37,617 bases of DNA from a virus (lineage: Duplodnaviria; Caudoviricetes), in IMG/VR virus record IMGVR_UViG_3300020409_000039, positions 1 to 37,617 of that record. One strand, given 5' to 3'. The notes beneath the pieces were generated by a model. That model was given only the letters and a program-made list of their open reading frames with translations. It had not been told where the DNA came from and did not search any database. The position numbers and the translations under genes were made by a program. Within the stretch, counting starts at the first letter, position 1, and each line of letters starts with the position of its first letter. Of this stretch, positions 21,301 through 31,070 are shown piece after piece.

Positions 21301-24300
21301 TTGAGTATCGTCATTTAATTTACCGATATCATCATTCCATCCAATATTTTGACGACTTGAAAAATCAATTTTAAATTTACCTAAATTATTCTTCAATCCA
21401 ATAATCTCTGCTGATACACCAGTTACATTCCCTATTATTCTATCACCCTTTTTGACACTAGTTAATCCATCTAATTTGATATAGTCATCTCTAATTTCTA
21501 CTACTTTTAGATCTGATTTTTCACCATTTAAAGTAACAGCTTCATTTTGTTGGAATGTTCCTCTAGTAGTAATTGGAAGCAATTCTGGATAAATTTTTCT
21601 ATTGATAATTGATGCATAACCAGATTGAAATGTTTTAGCAACGCCAGGATTTGTAGTAACACCTGCTACACTATATTTTAAAATAGTGGTAGTTCCTGGT
21701 GTATATGATTCAACTTTAAAGAACTGGAAATTATGATCAGCAGAGTTAAAACCATCTCCCGTAACTTCTCCTCCTGAATTTCCATCTTGTTCTGTGAGAG
21801 AACCAGCTTCTCCAACTCTTTGAATTCCCTCTACATAAATCTCATCACCAACTTTAAATGGTTGTGGATCAAGAAATCCATTAAATGGTGTATTAAGGAA
21901 ACAAGTAACTAATCCACCAGAACTACTTTGCATTGAATTTATTCCTATGCCATTAGAATTATTAACTGCAAAAATCTTATGTTCTACAGAATCCAATCCA
22001 TTTACTGGTGCGATAATATCAATATTGGATATAGTTTGACTAGGTACTTGTGGATCTAAAGAAACAGTATCTACTATCGTATTTGAAGTTGGATTGTAGA
22101 TTACTAAATTTGGTGGAGTTGTATAATCTGAGCCACCATTTATTATTTCTACATCACTCAATTGATCTAAATTATCAATATTAAGAATTGAAGGAATGAA
22201 AACTTCTGGTTCTAGGGTCTTATCAGAGGAATATTCGTAACCAATATCTAATATTCTAATATTTTCTATTTTACCTATATTTTTTGAATCAGCTACTAAG
22301 TTTGCATTTATTCCTTTATCAGAGATTACTTCTTTGAAAATTGGTACTTTTTTATAATTAAATCCGTTAGATAAAATCTTAAGATTTTTTATGCTACCAG
22401 TAACATTTTTTGATTTTGTTGAATATTCAATTACATCACAGTTTGTCTCATCATAATTTAAAAATTCAGGTACTTCTGGTGAAAAATCAAATGTTTCATC
22501 AGTAACGTTGGAAATTTTGTAATCTCCATTATATAAACTATCAACAAAAATAATTTGAGAATAATTTTGTACATCAGTATCTGCTGTACTTATAAATCCA
22601 CCTTTTGATAATCCATAATATAATATTGGTGGAGAAGATGTTGTAGGTTGTAAAGTTAAAGTTGCACCTTCTAAACCAATAGTGCCTTGAGTTTGAACAT
22701 TAAATATAGTTGAATCAAGAGAACTTAAATACTCATTTTTACCATTTTGATAAAAAATCTTGAAATCAAAATCGGCAAGATTTGATGTGGATAAACCAAA
22801 TGTAAGTTTTGAATTTTTATATACCTTAATTTGAGGATTTATTGGTGATATGACCTGATTATTTCCACCTGTATTTGCAGTAATATTGATTAAGTTAATT
22901 GGATTTGCAAATAAGTCATTATAAGTTTCAGATAATTGAAAATATCTACTGTTTACTTTATGAACAAAATAGGAACCATTTGGTATTCCTGAACCATCTC
23001 CAGTATAAAAAACTTTATCGCCTGTCTCAAATCCATGATTTGCAATGTCAATTCTATTTGTTTCTACATCTGCACTTACAAATTTTCTTGGATTTATAAT
23101 TAATTTTTCAAACTCTGAGTTATAGTCAACCTGTACAGGTGTAGTAGTTCCTATTCCAACAGATAAGTTTGGAATAACATTAATTGAAACTATATCTCCA
23201 TTCTGCAATTTGTGAGTCGTTGTATTCGCAGCAGCAACGTTTGTTGTTAAAGTGCTTATAACTTTATCAATATCGCCAGTTACTTGTTCAAATTGTGTTG
23301 TTAAACTATAAAGATGAGTATTGATTCCACTAACATTACTTGCGTTTGATTTAAAATAAAGTCCCTCACTAGTACCACCAACACCAACAGTTGACAAACC
23401 AATATAATTATTACTTTTTTTAATTACAAATAAATCTTGTGTATTTCCTGTAAATGGTATTGAAAAATTACCATTAATATCGTTTGGATCATCAGTATTT
23501 GCAACATTAATTTGTTTGTTAGAGACATCAGGAACAGTAAGTGTGACTTTTTGTCCTGTTACAAAAGGATGATCGGGAATATAAATTTGTCTGTTAGGAA
23601 TTGATATTGATTTTATTGTTTCCCCAAAGAAATAATTTGTTGATATACCTACACCATCAGTTCCTAATCCTATTTGTTGAGGAGCATTAAAGAAAACAAC
23701 GTCATTCAATTGAGAATTAAATTTAGTTGTTTTTACGGGTATTGATATAACTGTGTTTAAAATATCAACATTTGAACCAAATGAATGTGCTATTCCAGCA
23801 TTTCTAAAGACACGAATAATTTTTTGTGAGGGAAATATATTGATTATTTTTGCAGTTTCGTCATCAGTGGTATTTCCAGAACCTAATCTTATTGTTCCAC
23901 CAATTGAAACGTCGTTTGGTATTTTATTAACAAAAATATCTTCTATAGCAAGATTGCCCGTAGTTATAGATTTTGTTGGTGCTGTCAAAAATACACGAGA
24001 TGTACTGATACCAATTTTATGGGAATTTGTCAATCCCAAAATTGAGGTGTTTAAACCAGAAACTAGAACATTATCTTCATTATTTAAATCGACAAATGGT
24101 AAAAATTTTCCTTTTACTTCATTATTACTAACCCAAGTAAATACAACATCTTCAAATGTGGTGAGATTTGTATTAATAGAAGATACTCCAAGACCAACTA
24201 TATCGCTTACCTCTGCACTTAAACCTGTTCCATTTGTGCCTGTATTATCAAAAGATGTAAGATCTCCAACTTTATATCCAGTTCCTGGATTTAATATGAC

Positions 24301-27300
24301 AATATTTTCTACTCCACCCTTAGATACCGATGTTACCTCCGTTGTTTGTCTTATGGTTTCATTAGATTCGATTATAAAATCATAATTAGCAAACTTTTCA
24401 CCTACATTATATGGATAAGTATTTCTAGATAAATTTGAATTATTGAAGTCGAAGTCATGAGTTAATTTAAGATTATCTTGTATTAATGGTAATCTAAAAG
24501 TTTTTCCTACAACATAAGGATATGCTCCAACTAATTTACCATTAATGTCTACCTCTGCAGTTGCAAAGTAAGCGTACACACCGTTTGGAAACTCTGGTGT
24601 TTTACAAAATCTTCCATTGTGGATATCTAAATCTCCAGAACCGTCATAGACAAAATCATTAATGAAATATCCTTCCTTAAAACCAGATGGTCTATTTACA
24701 ACATTACTAATATTTTTCTTATATGATGAACTTATTAATTTTAAAGGAGAATTAATGCTATTTGGATCACTATATCCAAATGGACCATATATTGGATTTC
24801 CATCATATGCCCAACCAATTATTGATGAATGATTTGTAGGTTTATCAAAATCACCATTACTTTTTATATCAAAAGTTTCTTTTTCCAAATTATTAAGTAG
24901 TTGTTGATCACATCCAATTACTCCATAACTTAAGAAATCATCTCTTGGAACAAGTATGGTGTCACCAGATCTACTTTGTTCATTTATTTGTAATTTTCTT
25001 ATAATCGTATCAAAAGCACCATTTATACCAGTATTACTAACAGTTGCCTGTGTGGTTGCTTGATTGTACCCTATACCAGAATTAATTACAACAGTATCAA
25101 TTAACTTACCATCATTAATTATAGGTCTTACAACAGCACCTGCACCCTGTTCAGTAGAAATAATTTCTATTTCAGGGTTTGAAAAATAATTTTCTCCTTG
25201 ATCAACTACTATAACTTCTACTATTTTGCCATTTGCAATTATAGGTTTGAGTTCTGCATATCTTCCACTCTCAACTTTTGCAGCTGGTTTTGATAAATTA
25301 TTTAATATAGGTGAACCATAGTTAGAACCACTTTCATATAGATAAGCACCAGTAAATGAACCTTTTACAAAAGGTGTTATAGTAAAATCACCAGTTATCG
25401 TGCCACCATAACCTACTTCTATATTGACTTTAATATCAGGGTATTTAAAAGTCTGATATCCTGTTCCAGTAGAATTTAAACCAACAACTTTACCTCTTTC
25501 AAAGTCTACAATTGATGTGCCACCTATACCAGCATCTGCTAGTTTGAATGAATTATCATCAACTTTCATTACATAATAAGATGTTGTTGTTGACAATCCC
25601 TGAATTGCTTTTGGCATTGTTGAACCAATACCAACCATAGGTGAATAATTAATCAATTCACCGTTATTGAATCCATGATTTACAAAATTTATAGTATCAA
25701 AAGAAGTTGATATTCCAGATGGTTTAACAATTAATTTACGATGTTGATATCCCTCTCCTGGTTCAATTACCTTTATATCAGTAATAGTATTTTTTGTTAT
25801 CGTTCTAAAGAGATGAATACCACTTGCTGCTGTATCAGTTGATAATCCAACGGTGTTGATACCAGATAAAGCATCATTTTTGGTATTGTAAATTCTAACT
25901 GTTGTAGGATTCACAATTCTTACATAATATGGGTCTCCAGTTGCTAATGTTCCAGTAATTGTATTTGTTCCATCATAAGCAGCACCTATTCCAATTGATG
26001 GATTTCCATTATTTAAATAGTATACTAACTCTCCATTTTCTAAATTATGAACTTGTTGAAAAGTAATAGTTTCATCATTAATGTCAATTCCACCACCAAA
26101 AAATATATCTCTACTGTCAAATGATAATTCTCTATATCTATCCCCTGTTACTGCTTCTAAGACACATCCTGTTCCATTTCCACCAGTTAACGAAATATTC
26201 TTGACTGATTCAATATCAAAATCCTGTTGATCTATGAGAACCTTTTCAACTGAACCAGATAAAATAGGTTCTGCTAGTGCTTGTTCACCCGAACTACTTT
26301 CTATAATTATTTTTGGAGGGTTGATAATGTCATAATCCGATCCACCATTTATTAATTCTACACCAGTCAATCCACCGTAATTTATAAAATCCTCTGATAC
26401 TGGGGATCTTAATTCTACTCCATCCTTTAAAATTCCAATATCACCAATGTTCTCATCATTATTTGATACATTAAATAAATTTTGAGTTAGAGGAAATTTT
26501 CTTAAAATTTTATTAGCACTTATTTTCTTATTATGTTGTTTCTGTAGAGTGAATACGTGTTGATCCTTAGTAGATGCTCCTAATCCAACTTGTACAGTGC
26601 TTGCTGTACCAATCTGTGCTCTAGACAAGTATAATGCCATTTTAGTGATATCTACACTAGGTCCTTCTATTATTGGATCAACATAATATAATTGACCATC
26701 ACTTAGACCTGGAATAACGTCACTTGGATCACTATTTGCAGAATTAGGATCTTTAATTGAATTGTATACTACAGCATCACCCTGTATAAATTTGAGATCT
26801 CTACTTGAATCAAAATTAAATTTTAAATGATTGTATAAACCGTTTATAGGATCTTGAGCATCAAGTGCGAAATTAACACTTGTTTGTGCAATACCAGTAA
26901 TTGTTTCTTTAATTACCTCATTTGTAATTGTATAGTCAGGTAATGAATTTGATGCAACATATCCATCAGTATTTCCATCAACATAAACATTTAAAACACT
27001 TGATATGATATTGTTATTTCCCTCTTTTATTTCTGTATTTAAACTGGATGCTTTATTAATTACTCTACGAATATCATATTGTTCACCTGAAACTGGAGTA
27101 AATCCTAAATTTGTTACGAATATTTGATTTAAATTAGAGTCTACATCAGACACTGTGAAAGAACCATCTACAACTTGTTCATTTCTTCGTAAAACTTCAA
27201 ATAAATCACCCTTTTTAATAGATGATTTATCAACCTTAGTATCTAATTCAATTGTTCCACCAATTTCACTTGTCGTACCAATACCAACTTGGAATCTTGA

Positions 27301-28656
27301 ACTTGTATTATAAATCCAACTATTTGCAAATATTTGCTTATCATTTGCAGAATCATTTAGTATTTTTTCACCAACATTCTTTACAAATATATTTTCCCCC
27401 TCTCTAACTAAAGATACGTTATCATCAGTCACTAGTTTGGATAGAACTCCAGTAATTCTTAAATCAACTTTTTTAGTTACGTCACCATTTTCATATCCAA
27501 ATATAAAATCATCATTTCTAATATTATCTGCAGTATTAATTGGAGTTGTTATACCTGAACAACCAAAAAACTGGTTTATGGATTTTGATTCATAGTTGAT
27601 TGTATTAGATCCACTCACTAAAACCCCTGTGTTGCCGAACCCTACAGTCGAATCAACAGATATAATAGTATCAGTTGTCGATACTCCTGATAAAACTTTT
27701 GTATTTGGATTTACAGTGAATATACCTTGTATTAAATCACGATCACTATATCCTACAAATAATGCAATACGATAGTAATTTTTACCATCTCTACTGAATA
27801 TTTCAACCTCTGATACAGAGGCATTAGTGCCTAAATCATTATTTTTATATATTGTTTGTCCTACAAGATTTTGAGGTTCTGCATCTTCTGTAATTAAATC
27901 CGCAATTATTACCTCTCTTCTTATATACTCAGCATCCGATGGTTTTATTAAGTTATTTTCAAGATCTAAAACTTTAGATTCTACCCCATATAATACCTTG
28001 AACAAAACTCTAATTGATTCTTCAATACCTTTTGACTGATAAAATGAACGAGCAAATTTTACAAAGTTACCTACATCCAAATCCGTTGATAAAGTTGAAT
28101 CTTCAAAACCAGGTAAAAATGTTTTTTTTAATTTTTTGTAAAATTCTTGTAAAAATAAAACAGATAAATTTTTAACCGAAGAACCATTAGTATGAGATGT
28201 TGCTGTAGTTTCTTCAAATTTCAAACTTTCATTATTGACATCCAACAATGAAGACGAAACTCCAACATTATATCCTGTTACTCCGCTGAAACCACGTAAA
28301 CATCCAGTGAATGAAGTAGATGTTATTCCAGTATAAGATATAATTTCATCATCTATCTTTAATAAACCATACTCTGATGGAAATCCTTTGGTGCTTGGAA
28401 CATTAATAGATGTGTCATCTGGTTCTATATCACTTGTGATTGATGTAACACCTACAACAACTTCTGGAACTAAATTATCAACTTTCAAATATTGATCAAA
28501 ATTACTGATTAAATCAGTTGCACCACCTTGAAATTCTTGAGAAATATAATATTGTTTGAAAAATTCGACTGCATTAGGAAAATCAGCAGAGATAAACTCT
28601 GGTAATTGATTTTCAATAATGGTATTGACCTTTATTCTTTTGTCAATTTGTGACAT
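15382..28656 (-). CDS. gp7: Giant baseplate wedge initiator (gp7-like), 4424 aa, multi-domain
   Basis: Lies between gp6 and gp8; N-terminal IIENQLPEFI...FYQSKG..ESIRVLFKVLYG; internal DNxYYQ-like NNDYYQNLSYSVKS...IIHPAGLKNF motif; many repeated beta modules and a YHYH-like domain. Confidence 0.85.
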   Translation of the reverse strand: MSQIDKRIKVNTIIENQLPEFISADFPNAVEFFKQYYISQEFQGGATDLISNFDQYLKVDNLVPEVVVGVTSITSDIEPDDTSINVPSTKGFPSEYGLLKIDDEIISYTGITSTSFTGCLRGFSGVTGYNVGVSSSLLDVNNESLKFEETTATSHTNGSSVKNLSVLFLQEFYKKLKKTFLPGFEDSTLSTDLDVGNFVKFARSFYQSKGIEESIRVLFKVLYGVESKVLDLENNLIKPSDAEYIRREVIIADLITEDAEPQNLVGQTIYKNNDLGTNASVSEVEIFSRDGKNYYRIALFVGYSDRDLIQGIFTVNPNTKVLSGVSTTDTIISVDSTVGFGNTGVLVSGSNTINYESKSINQFFGCSGITTPINTADNIRNDDFIFGYENGDVTKKVDLRITGVLSKLVTDDNVSLVREGENIFVKNVGEKILNDSANDKQIFANSWIYNTSSRFQVGIGTTSEIGGTIELDTKVDKSSIKKGDLFEVLRRNEQVVDGSFTVSDVDSNLNQIFVTNLGFTPVSGEQYDIRRVINKASSLNTEIKEGNNNIISSVLNVYVDGNTDGYVASNSLPDYTITNEVIKETITGIAQTSVNFALDAQDPINGLYNHLKFNFDSSRDLKFIQGDAVVYNSIKDPNSANSDPSDVIPGLSDGQLYYVDPIIEGPSVDITKMALYLSRAQIGTASTVQVGLGASTKDQHVFTLQKQHNKKISANKILRKFPLTQNLFNVSNNDENIGDIGILKDGVELRSPVSEDFINYGGLTGVELINGGSDYDIINPPKIIIESSSGEQALAEPILSGSVEKVLIDQQDFDIESVKNISLTGGNGTGCVLEAVTGDRYRELSFDSRDIFFGGGIDINDETITFQQVHNLENGELVYYLNNGNPSIGIGAAYDGTNTITGTLATGDPYYVRIVNPTTVRIYNTKNDALSGINTVGLSTDTAASGIHLFRTITKNTITDIKVIEPGEGYQHRKLIVKPSGISTSFDTINFVNHGFNNGELINYSPMVGIGSTMPKAIQGLSTTTSYYVMKVDDNSFKLADAGIGGTSIVDFERGKVVGLNSTGTGYQTFKYPDIKVNIEVGYGGTITGDFTITPFVKGSFTGAYLYESGSNYGSPILNNLSKPAAKVESGRYAELKPIIANGKIVEVIVVDQGENYFSNPEIEIISTEQGAGAVVRPIINDGKLIDTVVINSGIGYNQATTQATVSNTGINGAFDTIIRKLQINEQSRSGDTILVPRDDFLSYGVIGCDQQLLNNLEKETFDIKSNGDFDKPTNHSSIIGWAYDGNPIYGPFGYSDPNSINSPLKLISSSYKKNISNVVNRPSGFKEGYFINDFVYDGSGDLDIHNGRFCKTPEFPNGVYAYFATAEVDINGKLVGAYPYVVGKTFRLPLIQDNLKLTHDFDFNNSNLSRNTYPYNVGEKFANYDFIIESNETIRQTTEVTSVSKGGVENIVILNPGTGYKVGDLTSFDNTGTNGTGLSAEVSDIVGLGVSSINTNLTTFEDVVFTWVSNNEVKGKFLPFVDLNNEDNVLVSGLNTSILGLTNSHKIGISTSRVFLTAPTKSITTGNLAIEDIFVNKIPNDVSIGGTIRLGSGNTTDDETAKIINIFPSQKIIRVFRNAGIAHSFGSNVDILNTVISIPVKTTKFNSQLNDVVFFNAPQQIGLGTDGVGISTNYFFGETIKSISIPNRQIYIPDHPFVTGQKVTLTVPDVSNKQINVANTDDPNDINGNFSIPFTGNTQDLFVIKKSNNYIGLSTVGVGGTSEGLYFKSNASNVSGINTHLYSLTTQFEQVTGDIDKVISTLTTNVAAANTTTHKLQNGDIVSINVIPNLSVGIGTTTPVQVDYNSEFEKLIINPRKFVSADVETNRIDIANHGFETGDKVFYTGDGSGIPNGSYFVHKVNSRYFQLSETYNDLFANPINLINITANTGGNNQVISPINPQIKVYKNSKLTFGLSTSNLADFDFKIFYQNGKNEYLSSLDSTIFNVQTQGTIGLEGATLTLQPTTSSPPILYYGLSKGGFISTADTDVQNYSQIIFVDSLYNGDYKISNVTDETFDFSPEVPEFLNYDETNCDVIEYSTKSKNVTGSIKNLKILSNGFNYKKVPIFKEVISDKGINANLVADSKNIGKIENIRILDIGYEYSSDKTLEPEVFIPSILNIDNLDQLSDVEIINGGSDYTTPPNLVIYNPTSNTIVDTVSLDPQVPSQTISNIDIIAPVNGLDSVEHKIFAVNNSNGIGINSMQSSSGGLVTCFLNTPFNGFLDPQPFKVGDEIYVEGIQRVGEAGSLTEQDGNSGGEVTGDGFNSADHNFQFFKVESYTPGTTTILKYSVAGVTTNPGVAKTFQSGYASIINRKIYPELLPITTRGTFQQNEAVTLNGEKSDLKVVEIRDDYIKLDGLTSVKKGDRIIGNVTGVSAEIIGLKNNLGKFKIDFSSRQNIGWNDDIGKLNDDTQVTPNNDYYQNLSYSVKSPITWEKFSNSLNSIIHPAGLKNFADTFIETKTNVGIGTTIPAIDVTILDIVSDDNRVDAINNFDNVLDFNRLGNKTKSLILSAKKLTNFNKCISNRVLIHDDISNEFSSVGFAANSSILDQINGKFVHYLIQVVDPDTFDAQLSELVVLTTENDVLLLEKSTDSSGIGLDNIDGNSKLGSFETEIKLDGTKNLLFNPVEQFTKDHDIKIVKTFYDNDSLGVTTTVIGSIDLISANVGIESATTGFNTTTIAEFNKDEFNGLYATIFVQDSVTKEINYNEITVDFDGVDTTTSQVYIDAGGAITTNSVGVVTTRMENDIIKLQIENDRVSTLDAKANIVGLGTTTAGIGTHRFLTTGQPIGAERSARFESTVNVGVGGSISFATIDKNLDSTVKSLVRVSTGQTSAIHQVVAVRDSADVLVVQYPYVSLGSTSGVGTFISDTNGDNISLLFVPDAEFTDEVQVQAYNQILYTATDFDNLPTPLRYGAVEQDVLLSTFDGLEGRRANKTKFDLTFEGTPIYSKTFNPDGVGLEKSTGTFTIPNHFFNTNEEITYEPTSTFIGIAATALSIGSTINNSGVSTDILPTTVFAKTIDENTFQLFPTREDITSGIAITFTGIGAGNAHKLNMSNKLSKTIIGLDGVVQQPITFTDLNYTLDVNIGVATTQFSLSGISSISTFDVLKVNNEYMKIIEVGFSSTSDGSGKIDDQLNISLGISNIPTVRVERGVLGIAATSHSNGDTIRVHRGSFNIVDSSIHFIEPPKGNTRTRRTETEIPFVKANFSGRTFLRQDYTTNMLFDDISDTFTGLTTAYDLKVGGAHTSAGLGIGNGVVFINGVFQTPDTTNNTGNPNNYNVGIDTIAGISTIRFTGITSENGQFIVSDSDINQNQIPRGGLIVSLGSTEGLGYAPLHGAKVRAEKNSDGELTGIVGIGTSSGFNIGIQTAEYDNNTGIITVTTNDVHGFGLDRPTSVKLKGLEFKCPKTVVGQPTNATYDGVTGISTITIANHGLVNGDAVVLETDSIGFTCTLDGNVSTKYYPRATDPAANQYLTVSNVTTNTFRVNVGASNPGDVYPHTFVSATATAVQTIGGGGYVGVTTTIFQDHERPLFVVGIVSERSFEVIAGASTIPHTYQGGGHVYEFYEDLTFGSGYRGGSVAIGVTDIAYEHKFVSAGIGSIKKGTFAGDAFTATDALYESHSGQLILTIPNHTLTTSDTVGIDTGGLVFKCSKDNFFSDHPYPRAVSKTSFPNSDPIAGIQTAITETTTNTITINVGSGGGGGTGATVEAIVGVGGTLSFTITNPGTGYVNPQINIPEPVYENLEVEGISRLGVGSTTDTGLNLLLNVGVSAASTSVGIGSTLFTIKDFEIARAGHSFKKGDKFKPVGLVTAAHLSAPIQEFELEVLEIFNDKFSAWQFGEIDAIDSIKILQDGIRTRFPLFFNGELLSFEKVLTDPRSALIDLDAVLLIFINGVLQKPGEAYQFQGGTTFTFTEPPSGESGPGLNDNDKVDIYFYKGIDGIDVQLENVSETIKVGDDLRVFANQNLLGITTSQQSERIVKEILNTDILDTDIYTGLGIDEINEKPVRWTKQKTDFIINGEVINKSRSILEPQIYPTSKIIGDLSVISGKGTGTNDGIFVDDAVSLFYENKYSGITVDSVDALITSGEVNEGATVTANITSGSLTGFTITNAGSGYEDGTFDLNITEPLGAGLTTADSLGISTATATATFSGGSLVSTNVTDAGSGFIDPPTAIIPLPKFKTEKVTGLSNFQGYTGIITGITQTTRSGGGPALRFDYHAVVKNSDGQLINATANTLQVGYPILITDTKVGNGLTSVEPGNSSVVGIGTTFLDNVYVVHSITTNGSKGTIICHVHTNSAGSISGISTQGLYEGVTGTAVPIGKLSWGRLYGNDVARSNNPISIGVTGLTVNSGLTTFPTIQRKSYDNLGERGHRNSGSIRAIIA

Positions 28657-28659
28657 AAA

Positions 28660-30636
28660 TTATTTCCTCTCTAAAACTCCATTTGAGTAACTTGAGGTAT
28701 AGTAATCTCTAGTAAATACAACACCTGATACATCTTCTCCTGATGCTATTACGTCCTTCACCATATTTATGTTACTATTAGAAATGTCTAAACTGACAAA
28801 TAAATCTTTGAGACCTATAACATCATTTGATTCAGGGAATGCTTGTATTTCTATTATGTTGTTTTGAGAGACGGTTGAAGTGATATTAATAGTGTTTAAT
28901 ATTACCTCACCCTTTTTATAATCAACAGAACCTGCTTCCTTCATAAGAACTTTAACATTATTTTTTTGATCTTTAGAAACAACACTAATAGTTCCTTTCA
29001 TAGTTCCATCAAGATTACCTGCAGCATCTTTACTTGGAATATCAGTAAAATATACTGTCTCTGAACTACCAGAAATCGTAAATCCAGTGCTTTTAATGTT
29101 ATAACCAGCAGGATTAATATGAAACATATTTCCAAAACATAATTCATATTGAGCAAATTGATTAATTAAGGCATTTAAGTCTCTTCTAATAATTACTTTA
29201 GTAATATTTGAGGTAATACCATCATCAATACGATCAATTAGTTGATTTACTTTACTATACTTGAATCTTCCACCAAATTTATTCATCTCAACGTTATCTG
29301 CGTAAGATTGTAATGCACCCAAAACATCTGTTCTTAAATCAATTGATGATCCTATCTTTATAGGGTCATAATATACATTTGAGTCAATTTCAATGTAAAG
29401 TATTTTGAGGTCAATAATCTCAGAGTTGATACCTGCAATCGCATAACTTTTGAGTTTATTTTTAATCTGTGATTTATCAAAATCAGATATAAATGTACCA
29501 TTTTTTGGTTTAATACTTATCTGTACTTTTCCAAATTGTGGTGGGTCTAACTCTTCTCCTCCAACGACTGCAACAGATTCTGTTTGGGGGTAAATTTGAT
29601 TAATTATTGCCTCATAATCTCTTGATGTAACTGCTCTGTATTGTGCTGAGTAAAGTCTTGGAGCAAAATACTTAATAGACGACACATCTTCAACTTCTGC
29701 CCCATCAGAGGCATTTGAAACAGTAGTTACTGATATACTATCTGTTGGTGTAAAGAATCCACCATCATCCTTTGAGAAAGTTCCTTGGAAACTAAAATTA
29801 CTTGGACCATTTCCATCTTTTCCATCAGTTACAATATAAGTGGCAGTAATTATTGACCCATTTTCAAGTTTTTTACCGAAAAATCCATCTCCAAATAAAA
29901 TTTCATATTTTTCATCTTGAACTTCTTGTGAAAGATAGATTTCTGAGTTTTTATTTAAATTTAAAATATTATCAACCTTCGCATACTTTCTTCCTATCGT
30001 TGTTTGGTTTGGATCTGCAACATATACGTTCAATGTTGATGCGTCTATGCCAGGACTATCAATTATAAATCTTTGATCCTGTGATGTATCAACTCTGTAT
30101 ACACGAGATAGAAAAGTTCCTTCATATATTGATATATTATCGCCAAATTGAGCAAATGAGTGAATAATAGGATTTCCGTTTGTATCTGTACCTACACTTC
30201 GACTTACAACTTTAGTTGATGTAACATTTTCAGGTATCGAAAAACGATAAGTTGTATTTTCAACATTTCCTATACAAACAAGACCTGATCTAAGTGTTAA
30301 CTTCTTTGGTGTAGCGTTTGAAGTCAGTCCCATATCAACATCATCAAGTTTTATTGTTGCAATCGCTGATCTTCTTGAACGTGGAACGTATCCAATGTTT
30401 CGAGCAAGTGAAACTACGTTTTCACGAATTGTTGCAGAGTCTAAAAACGCTTCATTTGCAACTAAGTTCGCATTAAATGAGTTTATGTAAGTATTATATG
30501 CTAAAGTATCAATTAGAACAGAAAAGTTTGACCCTTCAAAGTCAAAATCCTTAAAATTAGAGTTTGAACGGAGAAAATCCTTAATCTGTGCTTTGATATT
30601 TTCAAAGTCTAAACTAGTGTACTGAGTAAAGGGCAT
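28660..30636 (-). CDS. gp6: Baseplate wedge subunit
   Basis: LDFENIK...FKDFDFEGSNFSVLIDTLAYNT, FLDSATIRENVVSLARNIGY, FGDGFFGK, AQYRAVTSRDYE. Confidence 0.95.
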   Translation of the reverse strand: MPFTQYTSLDFENIKAQIKDFLRSNSNFKDFDFEGSNFSVLIDTLAYNTYINSFNANLVANEAFLDSATIRENVVSLARNIGYVPRSRRSAIATIKLDDVDMGLTSNATPKKLTLRSGLVCIGNVENTTYRFSIPENVTSTKVVSRSVGTDTNGNPIIHSFAQFGDNISIYEGTFLSRVYRVDTSQDQRFIIDSPGIDASTLNVYVADPNQTTIGRKYAKVDNILNLNKNSEIYLSQEVQDEKYEILFGDGFFGKKLENGSIITATYIVTDGKDGNGPSNFSFQGTFSKDDGGFFTPTDSISVTTVSNASDGAEVEDVSSIKYFAPRLYSAQYRAVTSRDYEAIINQIYPQTESVAVVGGEELDPPQFGKVQISIKPKNGTFISDFDKSQIKNKLKSYAIAGINSEIIDLKILYIEIDSNVYYDPIKIGSSIDLRTDVLGALQSYADNVEMNKFGGRFKYSKVNQLIDRIDDGITSNITKVIIRRDLNALINQFAQYELCFGNMFHINPAGYNIKSTGFTISGSSETVYFTDIPSKDAAGNLDGTMKGTISVVSKDQKNNVKVLMKEAGSVDYKKGEVILNTINITSTVSQNNIIEIQAFPESNDVIGLKDLFVSLDISNSNINMVKDVIASGEDVSGVVFTRDYYTSSYSNGVLERK

Positions 30637-30637
30637 A

Positions 30638-31039
30638 TTATCTGGTTGGTTCTAATATAAAACTGAAAGATTGAGTTGGAACTTCTAATCCAACTATATC
30701 AAAAAGTACCTTAACCTCTAATTCATTTTGATCTGGTCTCCCTACCACCTCAACACCTAGATTACTAACTCTAGGTTCAAAATTATACACTGTTTCACGT
30801 ATTTGGTCTTCAATTACAACAATAGTTGTCCTTGTATAGTTTTCAAATAGTGAAGCACGTATGTCTGTACCTATTAATGAGTTAAAAAACCTCTCAGTAG
30901 GTATTGTTTCAACTAAATTTCTCACTGATCTGACAATTGCACGTTCATTTAGTAGCACAGGAAGGTCTCCAGTCACTGGATGAGGTGAAAAAGACAGACT
31001 TATATCCTTAAATGCTCTTGATTTGCGTGTAATCGCCAT
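30638..31039 (-). CDS. gp25: Baseplate wedge subunit / sheath initiator
   Basis: FKDISLSF..HPVTGD, AIVRSVRNLV.T...ERFFN, NFEPRV motifs of gp25/GPW. Confidence 0.95.
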   Translation of the reverse strand: MAITRKSRAFKDISLSFSPHPVTGDLPVLLNERAIVRSVRNLVETIPTERFFNSLIGTDIRASLFENYTRTTIVVIEDQIRETVYNFEPRVSNLGVEVVGRPDQNELEVKVLFDIVGLEVPTQSFSFILEPTR

Positions 31040-31057
31040 TATTGATACTTTTAGATT

Positions 31058-31065
31058 TATTTATA
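31058..31065 (-). promoter_or_regulatory. T4-type late promoter TATAAATA
   Basis: Exact consensus 19 nt upstream of the gp25 ATG; heads the baseplate operon. Confidence 0.88.
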
Positions 31066-31070
31066 TCCCA

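Noticed and set aside
1571-24385. Many plus-strand ORFs of 70-210 aa antisense to structural genes (e.g. 8919-9293, 10014-10385, 23753-24385)
   Set aside because: Fully nested opposite long, well-supported genes; P/V/S/T-rich shadow composition expected from codon bias; no promoters or motifs
6281-28656. Intein, intron or diversity-generating retroelement target within the giant ORFs
   Set aside because: No Hint or homing-endonuclease motifs, no reverse transcriptase, no near-identical TR/VR pair noticed by eye; the ORFs are uninterrupted
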